Source: Candidatus Dormiibacterota bacterium
GTDB lineage: Bacteria; Chloroflexota; Dormibacteria; Dormibacterales; Dormibacteraceae
Reading direction: 5' to 3'
Assembly: GCA_036513095.1 (NCBI GenBank)
Contig: DATBZR010000078.1
Location: forward strand, 15,475-79,474
Length of the DNA: 64,000 nucleotides
Shown: positions 25,171-34,547 of the stretch, piece after piece
Layout: each line of letters begins with the position of its first letter
Position numbering within the stretch: position 1 is the stretch's first letter
Translations under genes and position numbers: made by a program
Notes under the pieces: generated by a model
Database searches by the model: none
Told to the model about the DNA's origin: nothing
What the model saw: the letters and a program-made list of their open reading frames with translations, nothing else

Positions 25171-26715
25171 TTAGAGGTGAGACTTGAGCCTGGCCCTCAT
25201 CTCCTGGGCAAGCTGCTCGAGTCGCGACGAGTCCACGAAGAGGAGCGAGATGCTTGGGATCTGGTCGATCGCGGCTTCAACACCGACGAGCGACGGATCC
25301 GCGGCTCCGAGTATGTCCTTCACCTTGCGGGCACGGTTGCCAAGGGCGTCCTCCGCCATCGCCTGCAGCTCGGCGACGATGGTTGCCCAATCGAGCTGAG
25401 GTCCGGATGACTGAGGCGGCGTGGTCGGTGCGACCTGCATCGTGGGCGGGGTCGGCTGCGTGTAGCCGGAGTACCCACCCGTGGGAATCTGCGCGGTCGG
25501 CGGCTCCGCCTGCATCACCGGCATCACGGGGAGGGTCGGGTTGGTCGGCATGACCGGCTCGGGCGCGGGAGCCATGGGCGGCGCCATAACCACCACCGGA
25601 GCCGGAGGCTGCGATCTCGCGTTTCGCAACCCTCCGACGATCTCGTCGACGTCAAGCGGTGGATGCTTGGTCGCGTCCGCCGATTTGACCTCGATCATGG
25701 CGGCGGGGTCATCGCAGAGGGCGAGGGCGCGGTCCGGCTTGTCTGAGATGTCGCGCGACTCGCTTGTGTACGCGCCTGCCATCTCGCCGTCCGAGAGGAT
25801 GATCACGCCGGTGCCACCCGCCGACCGGATCATGACGCTGCCGCTCAGCTTCCGGTCGCTGAGGAACTTCAAGAGCGCTTTCATGTCGACCCAAGCCGCA
25901 TACAGCTCCGTGTACATCGGTCTCGAAACCGTCAGCTCGTAAAGGCCGTCGATCAGCTCCGGCGACAGTCCGACCACATCGAGGACCCCGTGTCCGCTGG
26001 TCACGTCGTCGTTGAACTTCTGCAGCGCTTGCTTGCCGAGCACCAGACTGGCCGCATCGGCAGCTCCGTCGTACATGCACTCGAGCGCCGAGCCTTCGCG
26101 GAACAGGATCAGTCCTGAGGCGTCGTCGGTCAGCAGGCGCACGTAACCCGTGTATCCCTCTTTTTCGAGGGTCGTGATCAGGCGCGGGAAATCCACGAAC
26201 GACGTTTTCAGCGAGTCATAGATGATCTGGCCCGCGGGAACGGGAATCGGTTCGCGCCCGTGTTTCGGCTGCGGGCGGTGCTTCACGCCACGTCTCGGCT
26301 GGGGTGCTTCCACCTTCCTCTCCGGTTCAGCATGATCTTTACGCTCGGCGCGTGTCTCCGGCCTGGGCTCCGGCTCGGGCTCGGGCCTGGGTTCTGCGTC
26401 GCCCTGCGCCCTGGGCGCCGTCTCGGCGGTCTGGACCAGCTCCGTGATGCCGGCTTTGACGGACTCATCGGCCGGGAGTTTGGCCTTGGCGTCGAACTCG
26501 AAGTCGCCCTTGGTCCAATGAAGGGCGGAGACCACAGCGTCATCGCCGGCCTTTCCATCGCTCTGCGCGTGGAAAAGGTGACCGAACAAAAAGTACAGAG
26601 AGGCCGACTGTCCGTTCCCATTGCGGACGGTAAGGGTACCTGTGGAGCGCTCACCTTGAGCAGACTCCAGAAGCGATCGAAGGGGAACGTCGGCCAATGA
26701 GCCGTGCGATTGCAA
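25171..26715 (-). CDS. DUF4388-domain protein with three DUF4388-like modules and Pro/Glu-rich linkers
   Basis: The N-terminus GSLADVPLRSLLESAQGERSTGTLTV...LYFLFGHLFHA is DUF4388-like. Two further modules share the same pattern (see findings). There is a PEPEPEPRPE linker and a Pro-rich segment. Confidence 0.6.
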   Translation of the reverse strand: MQSHGSLADVPLRSLLESAQGERSTGTLTVRNGNGQSASLYFLFGHLFHAQSDGKAGDDAVVSALHWTKGDFEFDAKAKLPADESVKAGITELVQTAETAPRAQGDAEPRPEPEPEPRPETRAERKDHAEPERKVEAPQPRRGVKHRPQPKHGREPIPVPAGQIIYDSLKTSFVDFPRLITTLEKEGYTGYVRLLTDDASGLILFREGSALECMYDGAADAASLVLGKQALQKFNDDVTSGHGVLDVVGLSPELIDGLYELTVSRPMYTELYAAWVDMKALLKFLSDRKLSGSVMIRSAGGTGVIILSDGEMAGAYTSESRDISDKPDRALALCDDPAAMIEVKSADATKHPPLDVDEIVGGLRNARSQPPAPVVVMAPPMAPAPEPVMPTNPTLPVMPVMQAEPPTAQIPTGGYSGYTQPTPPTMQVAPTTPPQSSGPQLDWATIVAELQAMAEDALGNRARKVKDILGAADPSLVGVEAAIDQIPSISLLFVDSSRLEQLAQEMRARLKSHL

Positions 26716-26888
26716 GAGCTTTCTCCTGAGGATCGGCCCAGCCCGATCGGTGGGATTAAGAGAAAGTTAGTATAGATATCGAGATCAGATTCGCGCGCCC
26801 GCAGCCGCCTGAGACCGGCGAAGCCGCCTTGTTCTCCGACCTGCCATCACCTGAATCGGCCGAAGGCGCCCTGGTGACCGCGCAGACG

Positions 26889-27527
26889 ATGCGTACGCGC
26901 TTGATGCTCGTTCGCCACGGCCAGTCGACGTGGAATCGGGAGCATCGGATCCAGGGCCAGCTCGATCCGCCGCTTTCGGCCGAGGGCCGCCGGCAGGCCG
27001 CGCTGGTCGGAAACAGGCTTGCAGGCCGCCGGTTCGCTGCCTTCTATTCGAGCGACCTCCAACGGGCGTTCCAGACCGCGGAGGTGATCGGCGGCGTCAT
27101 CGGCCAGCAGCCCTCCCCCACGCCGGGCCTTCGCGAGATCTTCCTCGGGGAGTGGGAAGGCCTGCGCTCCGGCGAGCTGGCCGGCCGGTTTCCAGAAGCC
27201 TGGGCGCGATGGAACCGGAAGCCTGATTGGGACCTCGTGCCTGGCGGCGAGGGCGCCGCCGTGTTCGAAGCCCGTGTTGCGGTAGCGCTGGACGCGATCC
27301 TGGACCGCCACGCGCATGAAGACGTGTTGGTCGTGACCCATGGCGGGGTCATCCAGGTCGCGCTGCACCGAGTGATCGGCCGGTCGAGCCACGGTCTTTT
27401 CGCTTTCAAGATCCAGAACGCGTCGATCTCGCTGATCGAGAGGTCGGATGGTCGCACGATCATCGGCGGCTCCAACGACATCAGTCATCTCGATCCGGCG
27501 CTCCCCACCGAACCCGGCCCAGGATGA
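26889..27527 (+). CDS. histidine phosphatase family protein (phosphoglycerate-mutase-like)
   Basis: ATG 26889 gives MRTRLMLVRHGQSTWN (RHG catalytic motif), with ...VVTHGGVI later. Confidence 0.8.
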   Translation: MRTRLMLVRHGQSTWNREHRIQGQLDPPLSAEGRRQAALVGNRLAGRRFAAFYSSDLQRAFQTAEVIGGVIGQQPSPTPGLREIFLGEWEGLRSGELAGRFPEAWARWNRKPDWDLVPGGEGAAVFEARVAVALDAILDRHAHEDVLVVTHGGVIQVALHRVIGRSSHGLFAFKIQNASISLIERSDGRTIIGGSNDISHLDPALPTEPGPG

Positions 27528-28495
27528 CGCAAGAGGCGTCGCTGTGGGACGGCGAGCTCGAGGAGCGAGCCTCACCGGCTCCTCTGCTGCAATCGTGGGC
27601 ATGGGGAGAGGTCCAGGCCCGTGCGGGTTGGCGCATCGAGAGGGTGCGTCTCGAAGGCGGTGCGATGGCCAGCGTGCAGGTGCGGTCGGTCGGTCCCGCA
27701 CGCGAGGCCTACGTCCCGCGCGGCCCCGCGCCGGCAACGGCCGGCGCAGTCGATGCGCTGGTCGACTGGGCTCGGGGCGCCAGGGTGGCCCGCCTGATCA
27801 TCGAACCCGAGGCGCCCCCGGCGATCGCTGAGGCGCTCGCCCAGCGGAACTTCTCCGCAGCGGCTCCGATCCAGCCGGAGCACACCCGGATCGTCAGGCT
27901 GCGGCCCCCGGACGAAATGCTCAAGACCTTCCGGCACGGCCGTCGTTACAACATTCGCGCCGGCCTCCGGCGGGGCGTCACCGTCATAGAAGGCAAGGAC
28001 GCGGCCGAGCTCGGACGCCAGTCGGCAGCGGTCGAACGGCGCGAGTCGATCCACCTACCCGATCAGGGCTACTACGAGCTGCTGCTCGAGCACCTGCCCT
28101 GGTGCCGCACCTACACCGCTTATGGAGAAGACCACGAGGAGGCGCTTGCCACAGTGCTGGTGGCGCGCCACGCGGGCCGGGCCTACAGCCTTTTCGCAGG
28201 CCGCAGCGGAGCTCACCCTGAGCTGATGGGCAACGACCTCGCCTGGTGGTCGGCGCTCAGCTCGGCGGCGGAGGCCGGCTGCCGGGATTTCGACCTCTGG
28301 GGCGCGCCGCCGCCCGGCGCAGGCCCAGACCACCCCTGGCACGGCCTGGGCTTCTTCAAGTCCGAGTTCGGCGGCGAGGAGGTGGCATACGCAGGCGCCT
28401 GGGAGCTGGTGCTCTCCGCAGCCGGCGCCAGGCTGATCGCCCTCGAAAAGAAGTCGCGCACCTATGTTCGTGGGTTGAAACGCAACATCTCCTAA
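27524..28495 (+). CDS. FemAB-family peptidyltransferase-like protein (peptidoglycan interpeptide bridge formation)
   Basis: LLQSWAWGEV, RRYNIRAGLRRGV and FKSEFGG are typical of the FemAB/MurM family. Overlaps the upstream stop. Confidence 0.65.
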   Translation: MTQEASLWDGELEERASPAPLLQSWAWGEVQARAGWRIERVRLEGGAMASVQVRSVGPAREAYVPRGPAPATAGAVDALVDWARGARVARLIIEPEAPPAIAEALAQRNFSAAAPIQPEHTRIVRLRPPDEMLKTFRHGRRYNIRAGLRRGVTVIEGKDAAELGRQSAAVERRESIHLPDQGYYELLLEHLPWCRTYTAYGEDHEEALATVLVARHAGRAYSLFAGRSGAHPELMGNDLAWWSALSSAAEAGCRDFDLWGAPPPGAGPDHPWHGLGFFKSEFGGEEVAYAGAWELVLSAAGARLIALEKKSRTYVRGLKRNIS

Positions 28496-28527
28496 CAATC
28501 CTTCAGATCGGTTAGGATGAACAGCAG

Positions 28528-29247
28528 GTGGGTGCGGTGGCGGAATCCTCCAGAAAAGTCTTGATCGTGGACCCGGACGCGGCGACGCGCCGGGAGGTTC
28601 GCGCCGCTTGCGAGCAGGACGGCTACCAGGTGCTCGAGGCTGACGGCGCGACCGAGGCGCTTCGCCAGGTCGAGCACTCGCATCCGAATCTAATCTTGCT
28701 CGAGGTCACGCTCCCCGACGGCGCCGGTTTCGACGTGTGCAGGGAGCTGCGAAAGATGGATCCGGCCGTGCCCCTGATCATGATGAGCTCTCGCTCCGAC
28801 GAGATCGACGTCGTGGTCGCCCTGGAAATCGGAGCTGACGACTACGTCAGCAAGCCGCTGCGGCTGCGCGAGCTGGTGGCGCGCATGACCGCGCACCTGC
28901 GGCGGACCCGGTTCGAGTCGGCAGAGGCGATGCGCACTCGGCTCGAGTTCCGCGACCTCGTGATCGACGTCAACGAGCGCAGGACGTACAAGTCAGGCAA
29001 GGAGGTTGAGCTCACCCACACGGAGTTCGATCTCTTGACCTTTCTCGCGAGCAACGCCGGCAAGGTGCTGAGCCGCGAGAAGATCCTGAACTCGATCTGG
29101 GGTTACGAATACCCGATCGAGACACGCGTGATCGACGTACACATCCGCAACCTCCGCCGCAAGATCGAAAGCCAGCCCTCGCGTCCCTATTACATCCTGG
29201 CGGTTCCAGGAATCGGCTACCGGTTCACCAACGCCCGTCCCGCCTAA
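28528..29247 (+). CDS. OmpR/PhoB-family response regulator (no adjacent kinase)
   Basis: Receiver domain (VLIVDPD...LILLEVTLPDGAGF...) and a winged-helix output domain (LTHTEFDLLTFL...GIGYRF). Confidence 0.9.
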   Translation: MGAVAESSRKVLIVDPDAATRREVRAACEQDGYQVLEADGATEALRQVEHSHPNLILLEVTLPDGAGFDVCRELRKMDPAVPLIMMSSRSDEIDVVVALEIGADDYVSKPLRLRELVARMTAHLRRTRFESAEAMRTRLEFRDLVIDVNERRTYKSGKEVELTHTEFDLLTFLASNAGKVLSREKILNSIWGYEYPIETRVIDVHIRNLRRKIESQPSRPYYILAVPGIGYRFTNARPA

Positions 29248-29650
29248 GGGTTTTGACCCCCAACTCGGCCAGCGACTCGCGCACGAAATCGCGCTCGGCG
29301 ATGCGCGGGTGAGGGATCACGAGGACCGGGGTGTTCAGGCGCTCGTCGCCGAATAGCAGGATGTCGACGTCGATAACCCGAGGCCCCCATCGCCTCGCCG
29401 GCTTGCGCCCGCCTTCGACCTCGACCTCCTTGGCTGCTTTCAGAAGCTGGCGTGGCGTGCCGGGCCACTCCACCTCGACGACCTGGTTCAAGAACCGAGG
29501 CTGGGCGGCCACCCCCCAAGGCTGGGTTTCTATGACGCGGCTTTGACGCAGGACGCGCGCTCCTTTTTGACGCAGCCGCCGGCGCGCAGCGCCCAGGTTG
29601 CGGGCGCGCGAACCGAGATTGGAGCCCAGTCCCAGATAGGCGATCGTCAA
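29225..29650 (-). CDS. folK: 2-amino-4-hydroxy-6-hydroxymethyldihydropteridine diphosphokinase
   Basis: AYLGLGSNLG, RWGPRVIDVDILLFGD, and IPHPRI..RDFV. Confidence 0.85.
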   Translation of the reverse strand: MTIAYLGLGSNLGSRARNLGAARRRLRQKGARVLRQSRVIETQPWGVAAQPRFLNQVVEVEWPGTPRQLLKAAKEVEVEGGRKPARRWGPRVIDVDILLFGDERLNTPVLVIPHPRIAERDFVRESLAELGVKTLRRDGRW

Positions 29651-30456
29651 CGCATGAGATCGGCGATCTGAGCGACGCGCGTCATCTCTTTCACGTCGTG
29701 GACGCGGACGACATCGGCTCCACGCAAGATGGCCGCGGTCACGGTGGCGCCGGTGCCCTCCAGCCTCTGATCGACGGGCAAGTCGAGCGCTTTGCCGATG
29801 AACGACTTGCGCGACGTTCCGATGAGGATCGGCTGGCCGAGCTCGCGCAACTCCTCGAGCCGGCGCATCACAACCCAGTTCTGCTCCGCGGTCTTGCCGA
29901 AGCCGATCCCCGGGTCGATGAGAACCCGCTCGCGCGGCACGCCGGCGTCCAGCGCATGCTCGATCGAGGCGCGAAGGAAGCGCTTGATCTCGTCCATCAG
30001 GTCCCCTGAATACTCCGTCCCGTCCTGGTTGTGCATCAAGACCAGCGCACAGCTCTTCCTCGCCGCGAGCCGGGCCAGGTCCGGTGAACGCGTCAGGCCC
30101 CAGATGTCGTTGAGCATCGTCGCGCCCGCGGCAACCGCAGCCTCCGCAACCTCGAGCTTGTAGGTGTCGATCGAGACGGGGACCTCCGCCTCGCGGACAA
30201 GCCGCGCCACCACTGTTTTCGTGCGGGAGATCTCCTCGGCTGTGCCGATTGGCTGATGGCCGGGACGGGTCGATTCGCCTCCAACGTCGAGCATGTCCGC
30301 ACCTTCGCGCATCATGCGCATCCCCTGCGACACCGCCCGCTCGAGGTCGTCGCCGGTGCCGTCACCGCTGAAGGAATCGGGCGTCACGTTGATGATTCCC
30401 ATGACGTAGGTTCGCGAGCCCCATTCGAAGCGGCGTCCACCAATGTCCGCAATCAC
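29647..30456 (-). CDS. folP: dihydropteroate synthase
   Basis: VMGIINVTPDSFSGDG, DVGGESTRPG, and GTSRKSFIG. Confidence 0.92.
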   Translation of the reverse strand: MIADIGGRRFEWGSRTYVMGIINVTPDSFSGDGTGDDLERAVSQGMRMMREGADMLDVGGESTRPGHQPIGTAEEISRTKTVVARLVREAEVPVSIDTYKLEVAEAAVAAGATMLNDIWGLTRSPDLARLAARKSCALVLMHNQDGTEYSGDLMDEIKRFLRASIEHALDAGVPRERVLIDPGIGFGKTAEQNWVVMRRLEELRELGQPILIGTSRKSFIGKALDLPVDQRLEGTGATVTAAILRGADVVRVHDVKEMTRVAQIADLMR

Positions 30457-30480
30457 GTGCCGATTATCCTTCCGTCAGGA

Positions 30481-31971
30481 ATGAAGCTCCACGAGCTGGC
30501 CAGCGGCGCGGGCGCGACCCTGGAGGGTGACGGCGACGTCGAGATCACCGGCATCGCCTACGACTCGCGGCGCGTGAAGCCCGGGGACCTCTTCGTCGCC
30601 GTCGAGGGTCTGAACTCGGACGGGCATGCATTCGTGTCGGACGCCCTCGCCAGGGGCGCCGCAGCAATTGCCATCGATCGGGATGTGACCCGGCCGCCCC
30701 GTACGCCTGTCCTCCGCCTGCCCTCGACGCGGATTGGGCTCGCCGAGCTGGCGGCGGAGTTCTACGGCAGGCCCTCGCGGACGCTGCGGGTGGCCGGCAT
30801 CACAGGGACGGACGGGAAGACGACGACCACCCACATGGCCGAGCACGTCCTCCAGGCCAGCGGCGTGGTGGCGGGGGCGATGAGCACGGTTTCGTTCACG
30901 GGAAGCGGTGGAGAGGTCGACAACCTCAGTGGTCAGACCACGATGGAGGCGCCCGAGGTCCAGGCGTGGCTGGCGCGAATGGTCGAGGGCGGCGTTGCGT
31001 GCGCGGTCATCGAGACGACATCGCACGCGCTGGTCCAGGAGAGGGTCCGCGCTTGCGATTTCGACGTGGCCGCATTCACCAACGTCGGCCACGATCACCT
31101 GGATTACCACGCGACGTGGGATGACTACCTCGAGGCCAAAGCGCGCCTGATCGACCTGACCGCGAGCGCGATCGACAAGGGAATCGAGAAGACAGCAATC
31201 TTGAATCGTGACGACGCGAGCTACGAGCGTCTGTCCCGCCGCCCGATAGCGCGCCGCTGGACTTATGGGCTTACCACGGCGTCCGACCTCCACCCTCTAG
31301 ACCTCAACGTCACCGGCTCGGGCTCGCGGTTTCGCATGAAGACCCCGCTCGGCGAGACCGAGGTCACCCTGCACGTGCCCGCCCGATTCAACATCTACAA
31401 CGCGCTTTGCGCAGCCGGTGTCTGCCTGGCTCTGGGCGTGCCGCTGGACTCAGTCGGCACGGGGCTTGCCGGTTTTGAGGGCGTGCGCGGAAGGCTCGAG
31501 CCGGTCGATGTGGGCCAGGACTTTCGCGTCTACATCGACTTTGCGCATTCGGCGGGGGCGCTCGCCAGCGCGCTGGCCGAACTTCGCCCCTTTACGTCCG
31601 GCCGCCTGATCGTGGTCTTCGGTTCGACTGCGCGCTCCGACCACGACAGGCCTGGCATGGGACGGGCGGCGGCCGATTTCTCCGACTTCTTCATCATCAC
31701 CACCGACGATCCTCTTGACCAGGATCCGGTGGAGATCGCGCGTGACGTACAGAGCGGCGCCGAGGGAAAGGCGCCTGCGCGCGACTACGAGATCGTCATC
31801 GACCGGCGCGCGGCGATCAGGCGCGCGATCGAGCTGGCTCAACCGGGCGATTGCGTGCTGCTGGCGGGCAAGGGCCACGAACGATCGATGCGGATGGCCT
31901 CTGGCTCGGAGCCCTGGGACGAGCGGGCGGAAGCCGAAGCGGCGATCAGGGACCGGCTTGCTCTTCGTTAG
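30481..31971 (+). CDS. murE: UDP-N-acetylmuramoyl-L-alanyl-D-glutamate--2,6-diaminopimelate ligase
   Basis: ATG 30481 gives MKLHELA...ITGIAYDSRRVKPGDLFVAV. Also contains GITGTDGKTTTT and a DNPR-like region (TTDDPLDQDP). The longer track ORF upstream is antisense to folP. Confidence 0.92.
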   Translation: MKLHELASGAGATLEGDGDVEITGIAYDSRRVKPGDLFVAVEGLNSDGHAFVSDALARGAAAIAIDRDVTRPPRTPVLRLPSTRIGLAELAAEFYGRPSRTLRVAGITGTDGKTTTTHMAEHVLQASGVVAGAMSTVSFTGSGGEVDNLSGQTTMEAPEVQAWLARMVEGGVACAVIETTSHALVQERVRACDFDVAAFTNVGHDHLDYHATWDDYLEAKARLIDLTASAIDKGIEKTAILNRDDASYERLSRRPIARRWTYGLTTASDLHPLDLNVTGSGSRFRMKTPLGETEVTLHVPARFNIYNALCAAGVCLALGVPLDSVGTGLAGFEGVRGRLEPVDVGQDFRVYIDFAHSAGALASALAELRPFTSGRLIVVFGSTARSDHDRPGMGRAAADFSDFFIITTDDPLDQDPVEIARDVQSGAEGKAPARDYEIVIDRRAAIRRAIELAQPGDCVLLAGKGHERSMRMASGSEPWDERAEAEAAIRDRLALR

Positions 31972-31993
31972 ACCAGAAAGCAGTTCGCATCGA

Positions 31994-32197
31994 TCACCCT
32001 CCGCCGACCATGCGCACGATCTCGACCGTGTCGTCCTGGTCCAGCGTCACGGCGTCGTAGCCGGCGCGCTCGATGATGGTTCCGTTGTGCTCAACGGCGA
32101 CCGTTCGCGGGTTCACGCCGAGCTGATCGAGATAGGCGAGGAGCCGGGTCGGGCGCTCCAGCTCAACTCTCTTTCCATTGATCTGCAGCGAGATCAT
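31994..32197 (-). CDS. thiS: sulfur carrier protein ThiS
   Basis: Last 67 aa of the track ORF: MISLQINGKRVELE...VEIVRMVGGG, ending in the GG thiocarboxylate terminus. ATGA overlap with the thiE stop. Confidence 0.85.
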   Translation of the reverse strand: MISLQINGKRVELERPTRLLAYLDQLGVNPRTVAVEHNGTIIERAGYDAVTLDQDDTVEIVRMVGGG

Positions 32198-32742
32198 TCG
32201 AACAGCCTGATGGCCGCGTAGCCCGCGGCCCCGACGTTCAGGATCTCGTTGACCCGCGCCTCGGTTACGCCGCCGATCGCGAGGACGGGAATCCCTACCG
32301 AGCGCACGAGTTGCGCCAGCGCATCGAGTCCGGCGGCGTTGGTACCAGGGTGGCTGGCGCTCTCCCACACGGGACCGAAGATCACGTAGTCCGCGCCTTC
32401 GCGCTCCGCCTGCTGGGCGGCCGCGATCGAGTGCACAGAGCGACCGACGAGCTGCCTGCCTAGAAGCGTTCGCGCCTCGGCGACGGAGATGTCGCTCTCG
32501 GGAAGGTGTACCCCGGCTGCTCCAGTCGCGAGTGCCACGTCGCACCGCGAGCTCACCACGACCGGGATCGAAGTCGACGCGAGCAGCTCGCGCGCCTCCG
32601 TTTCGAACAGAGCGGTGCTGAGGCCGGGAGCGCGCAGCTGGATGATCGTGGCTGATATGCGTTTGAGCCCCTCACCCCGAGGGGGAGAGGGAGTGGCGGC
32701 CCGAAGCCCAGCCGCGGCGCTGGACACGATCGCCATCGCCAC
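32194..32742 (-). CDS. thiE: thiamine-phosphate synthase
   Basis: Contains GVHLPE, ADYVIFGPV and IPVLAIGGV. Confidence 0.85.
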   Translation of the reverse strand: MAMAIVSSAAAGLRAATPSPPRGEGLKRISATIIQLRAPGLSTALFETEARELLASTSIPVVVSSRCDVALATGAAGVHLPESDISVAEARTLLGRQLVGRSVHSIAAAQQAEREGADYVIFGPVWESASHPGTNAAGLDALAQLVRSVGIPVLAIGGVTEARVNEILNVGAAGYAAIRLFE

Positions 32743-32750
32743 CGGCGTGG

Positions 32751-33545
32751 CTAGGTCGGTCGCGAGATGCCCTCGGTTGGCGAGCTCGGGCTGGCCTCGC
32801 CGCGCTTGGGGATCCGTCCGGCGTGGTAAGCCTTTCGCCCAGCTTCCGCGCCATCTCTGATCGCGGCGGCCATCAACGCCGGGTCGCGGGCGAGGGCGAT
32901 CGCGCTGTTCACAAGCACCGCGTCGGCGCCGAGCTCCATAGCCAGAGCTGCATCCGATGGCGCACCGATTCCCGCATCGACGACCACAGGAATGGAAGCC
33001 TCCTCGATGATGATGCGGATCTGCCCCAGCGTCTGGAGACCCTGTCCCGAACCGATTGGTGAGCCGAGCGGCATCACGGTCACGGTGCCGATCTCCTCGA
33101 GCTTCTTCGCCAGCACCGGGTCGGCATTGATATAGGGCAGGACTTTGAATCCCTCGCCGACGAGCACCCGCGCCGCCTTCAGCGTCTCCTCTGGATCCGG
33201 AAAGAGGTAGCGCGGGTCGGGGATGACCTCGAGCTTCACCCAGTCCGACAGGCCCATCGACCGCGCGAGACGCGCGATGCGGATCGCCTCATCGGCCGTG
33301 CGGCAGCCTGCGGTGTTGGGCAGGATCCGGTATCGCTTCCAGTCGATCACGTCGAGGATCGTCTTGTGCTTCGGGTCGTCGAGGTCCAGCCGGCGCAGGG
33401 CCACAGTGACGAGCTCGCAACCCGACGCCTCGAGGGCCGCGAGCATCGACTCGTCGGACGGGTACTTGCCGGTGCCGAGGAACAGCCTTGAACGCAGCTC
33501 GACGCCCGCGATCACCAACCGGTCGGCGGCGGCGATCGTCTGCAT
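32751..33545 (-). CDS. thiG: thiazole synthase
   Basis: Contains [31 protein letters not shown] and VDAGIG.PSDA. Confidence 0.93.
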   Translation of the reverse strand: MQTIAAADRLVIAGVELRSRLFLGTGKYPSDESMLAALEASGCELVTVALRRLDLDDPKHKTILDVIDWKRYRILPNTAGCRTADEAIRIARLARSMGLSDWVKLEVIPDPRYLFPDPEETLKAARVLVGEGFKVLPYINADPVLAKKLEEIGTVTVMPLGSPIGSGQGLQTLGQIRIIIEEASIPVVVDAGIGAPSDAALAMELGADAVLVNSAIALARDPALMAAAIRDGAEAGRKAYHAGRIPKRGEASPSSPTEGISRPT

Positions 33546-33606
33546 CGTTCCAGCTTAGCGAAGCATTCGAAATCCCACGCCCCGATGAGGCGAGCCGGGA
33601 AGACGG

Positions 33607-34032
33607 CTAGGGCAGGCTCTGCTGTACCAGGAGCGTCCTGTCGCGTTCGTAGCTCAGGCGCTCGATCGCATCCTCAACCGAAAGCCAGAGCAGCCTGTCC
33701 ACCTCGATCCCCGGCCGGAACCGGCCGCCGCGCACTTCCATCACCCAGTAGCACGCGACCTTGTCGCGCCCGCGGCGGTCGACGTACGCGGTGCACCCCA
33801 GGGGGCGCATGAGCTCGCACCGCAGGCCCGTCTCCTCCCTGACCTCGCGCAGCGCGCAGTCTTCTGGGCTCTCGTCGGGTTCGATCTTGCCCTTTGGCAA
33901 GGTCCAGTCGTCGTATTGAGGCCGGTGTATGACGGCGATCTCCGTCTCGCCGGATCGCGTGCTCCGGCAGACGACGCCGCCGGCTGCCCTGATCACGCTC
34001 ACATCGGCTACTTCCAAGATCTTCGTTGCCAC
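33607..34032 (-). CDS. NUDIX hydrolase
   Basis: Nudix box GKIEPDESPEDCALREVREETGL. Confidence 0.85.
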   Translation of the reverse strand: MATKILEVADVSVIRAAGGVVCRSTRSGETEIAVIHRPQYDDWTLPKGKIEPDESPEDCALREVREETGLRCELMRPLGCTAYVDRRGRDKVACYWVMEVRGGRFRPGIEVDRLLWLSVEDAIERLSYERDRTLLVQQSLP

Positions 34033-34143
34033 CGTTGCTCCTTCCTTTGCTGAAACGTATGCGCGGCGGGTTCTCTTATCTCACGGCTCTGTGGCGGAGT
34101 GCAATGAGTTTAACCGCGGGGACTGTTCATCGCGACACTGGAT

Positions 34144-34545
34144 TCAAGATGAATTTCGATCGAGTGATTCCAACAAATTGCTCACGCGCTTCGATATGTC
34201 GTCGCGGATTTCACGAACCCGCTCGACCGGAAGGCCGCTGGGGTCGGGCAGGTCCCAATCGACATAGCGCCTGCCGGGGATGACCGGGCATGCGTCGCCA
34301 CAGCCCATCGTGATGACGACGTCCGCCCACTGCGCCAGGTTGGTCGTCAGCAATTGCGGCTTTCGATCGCTCAGGTCGATTCCCTCCTCGCGCATCACGG
34401 TGATCACGTTTTCGTGAACGCGATCGGCGGGAGTGGTGCCGGCTGAGCGCGCCTCGTGCAGGCCGCCGGCAGAGCGTTCGAAGAGGGCCTCGCTCATCTG
34501 CGAGCGCCCGGCATTGTGCAGGCAGACGAAAAGCACATTCGACAT
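34144..34545 (-). CDS. arsC: arsenate reductase, LMW-PTP (thioredoxin-coupled) type
   Basis: Last 133 aa of the track ORF: MSNVLFVCLHNAGRSQM (CX5R P-loop) ...GCGDACP. The rest of the 440-aa ORF is an out-of-frame shadow over pstA. Confidence 0.85.
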   Translation of the reverse strand: MSNVLFVCLHNAGRSQMSEALFERSAGGLHEARSAGTTPADRVHENVITVMREEGIDLSDRKPQLLTTNLAQWADVVITMGCGDACPVIPGRRYVDWDLPDPSGLPVERVREIRDDISKRVSNLLESLDRNSS

Positions 34546-34547
34546 GC

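Noticed and set aside
33546-33606. Expected TPP riboswitch upstream of thiG, and a glycine riboswitch upstream of gcvT (about 2251-2400)
   Set aside because: The thiG upstream gap is only 61 nt and lacks the CUGAGA / ACCUGAUCUGGAUAAUGCCAGCG-type elements. The gcvT upstream region is occupied by the sigma-like coding sequence. No riboswitch can be supported.
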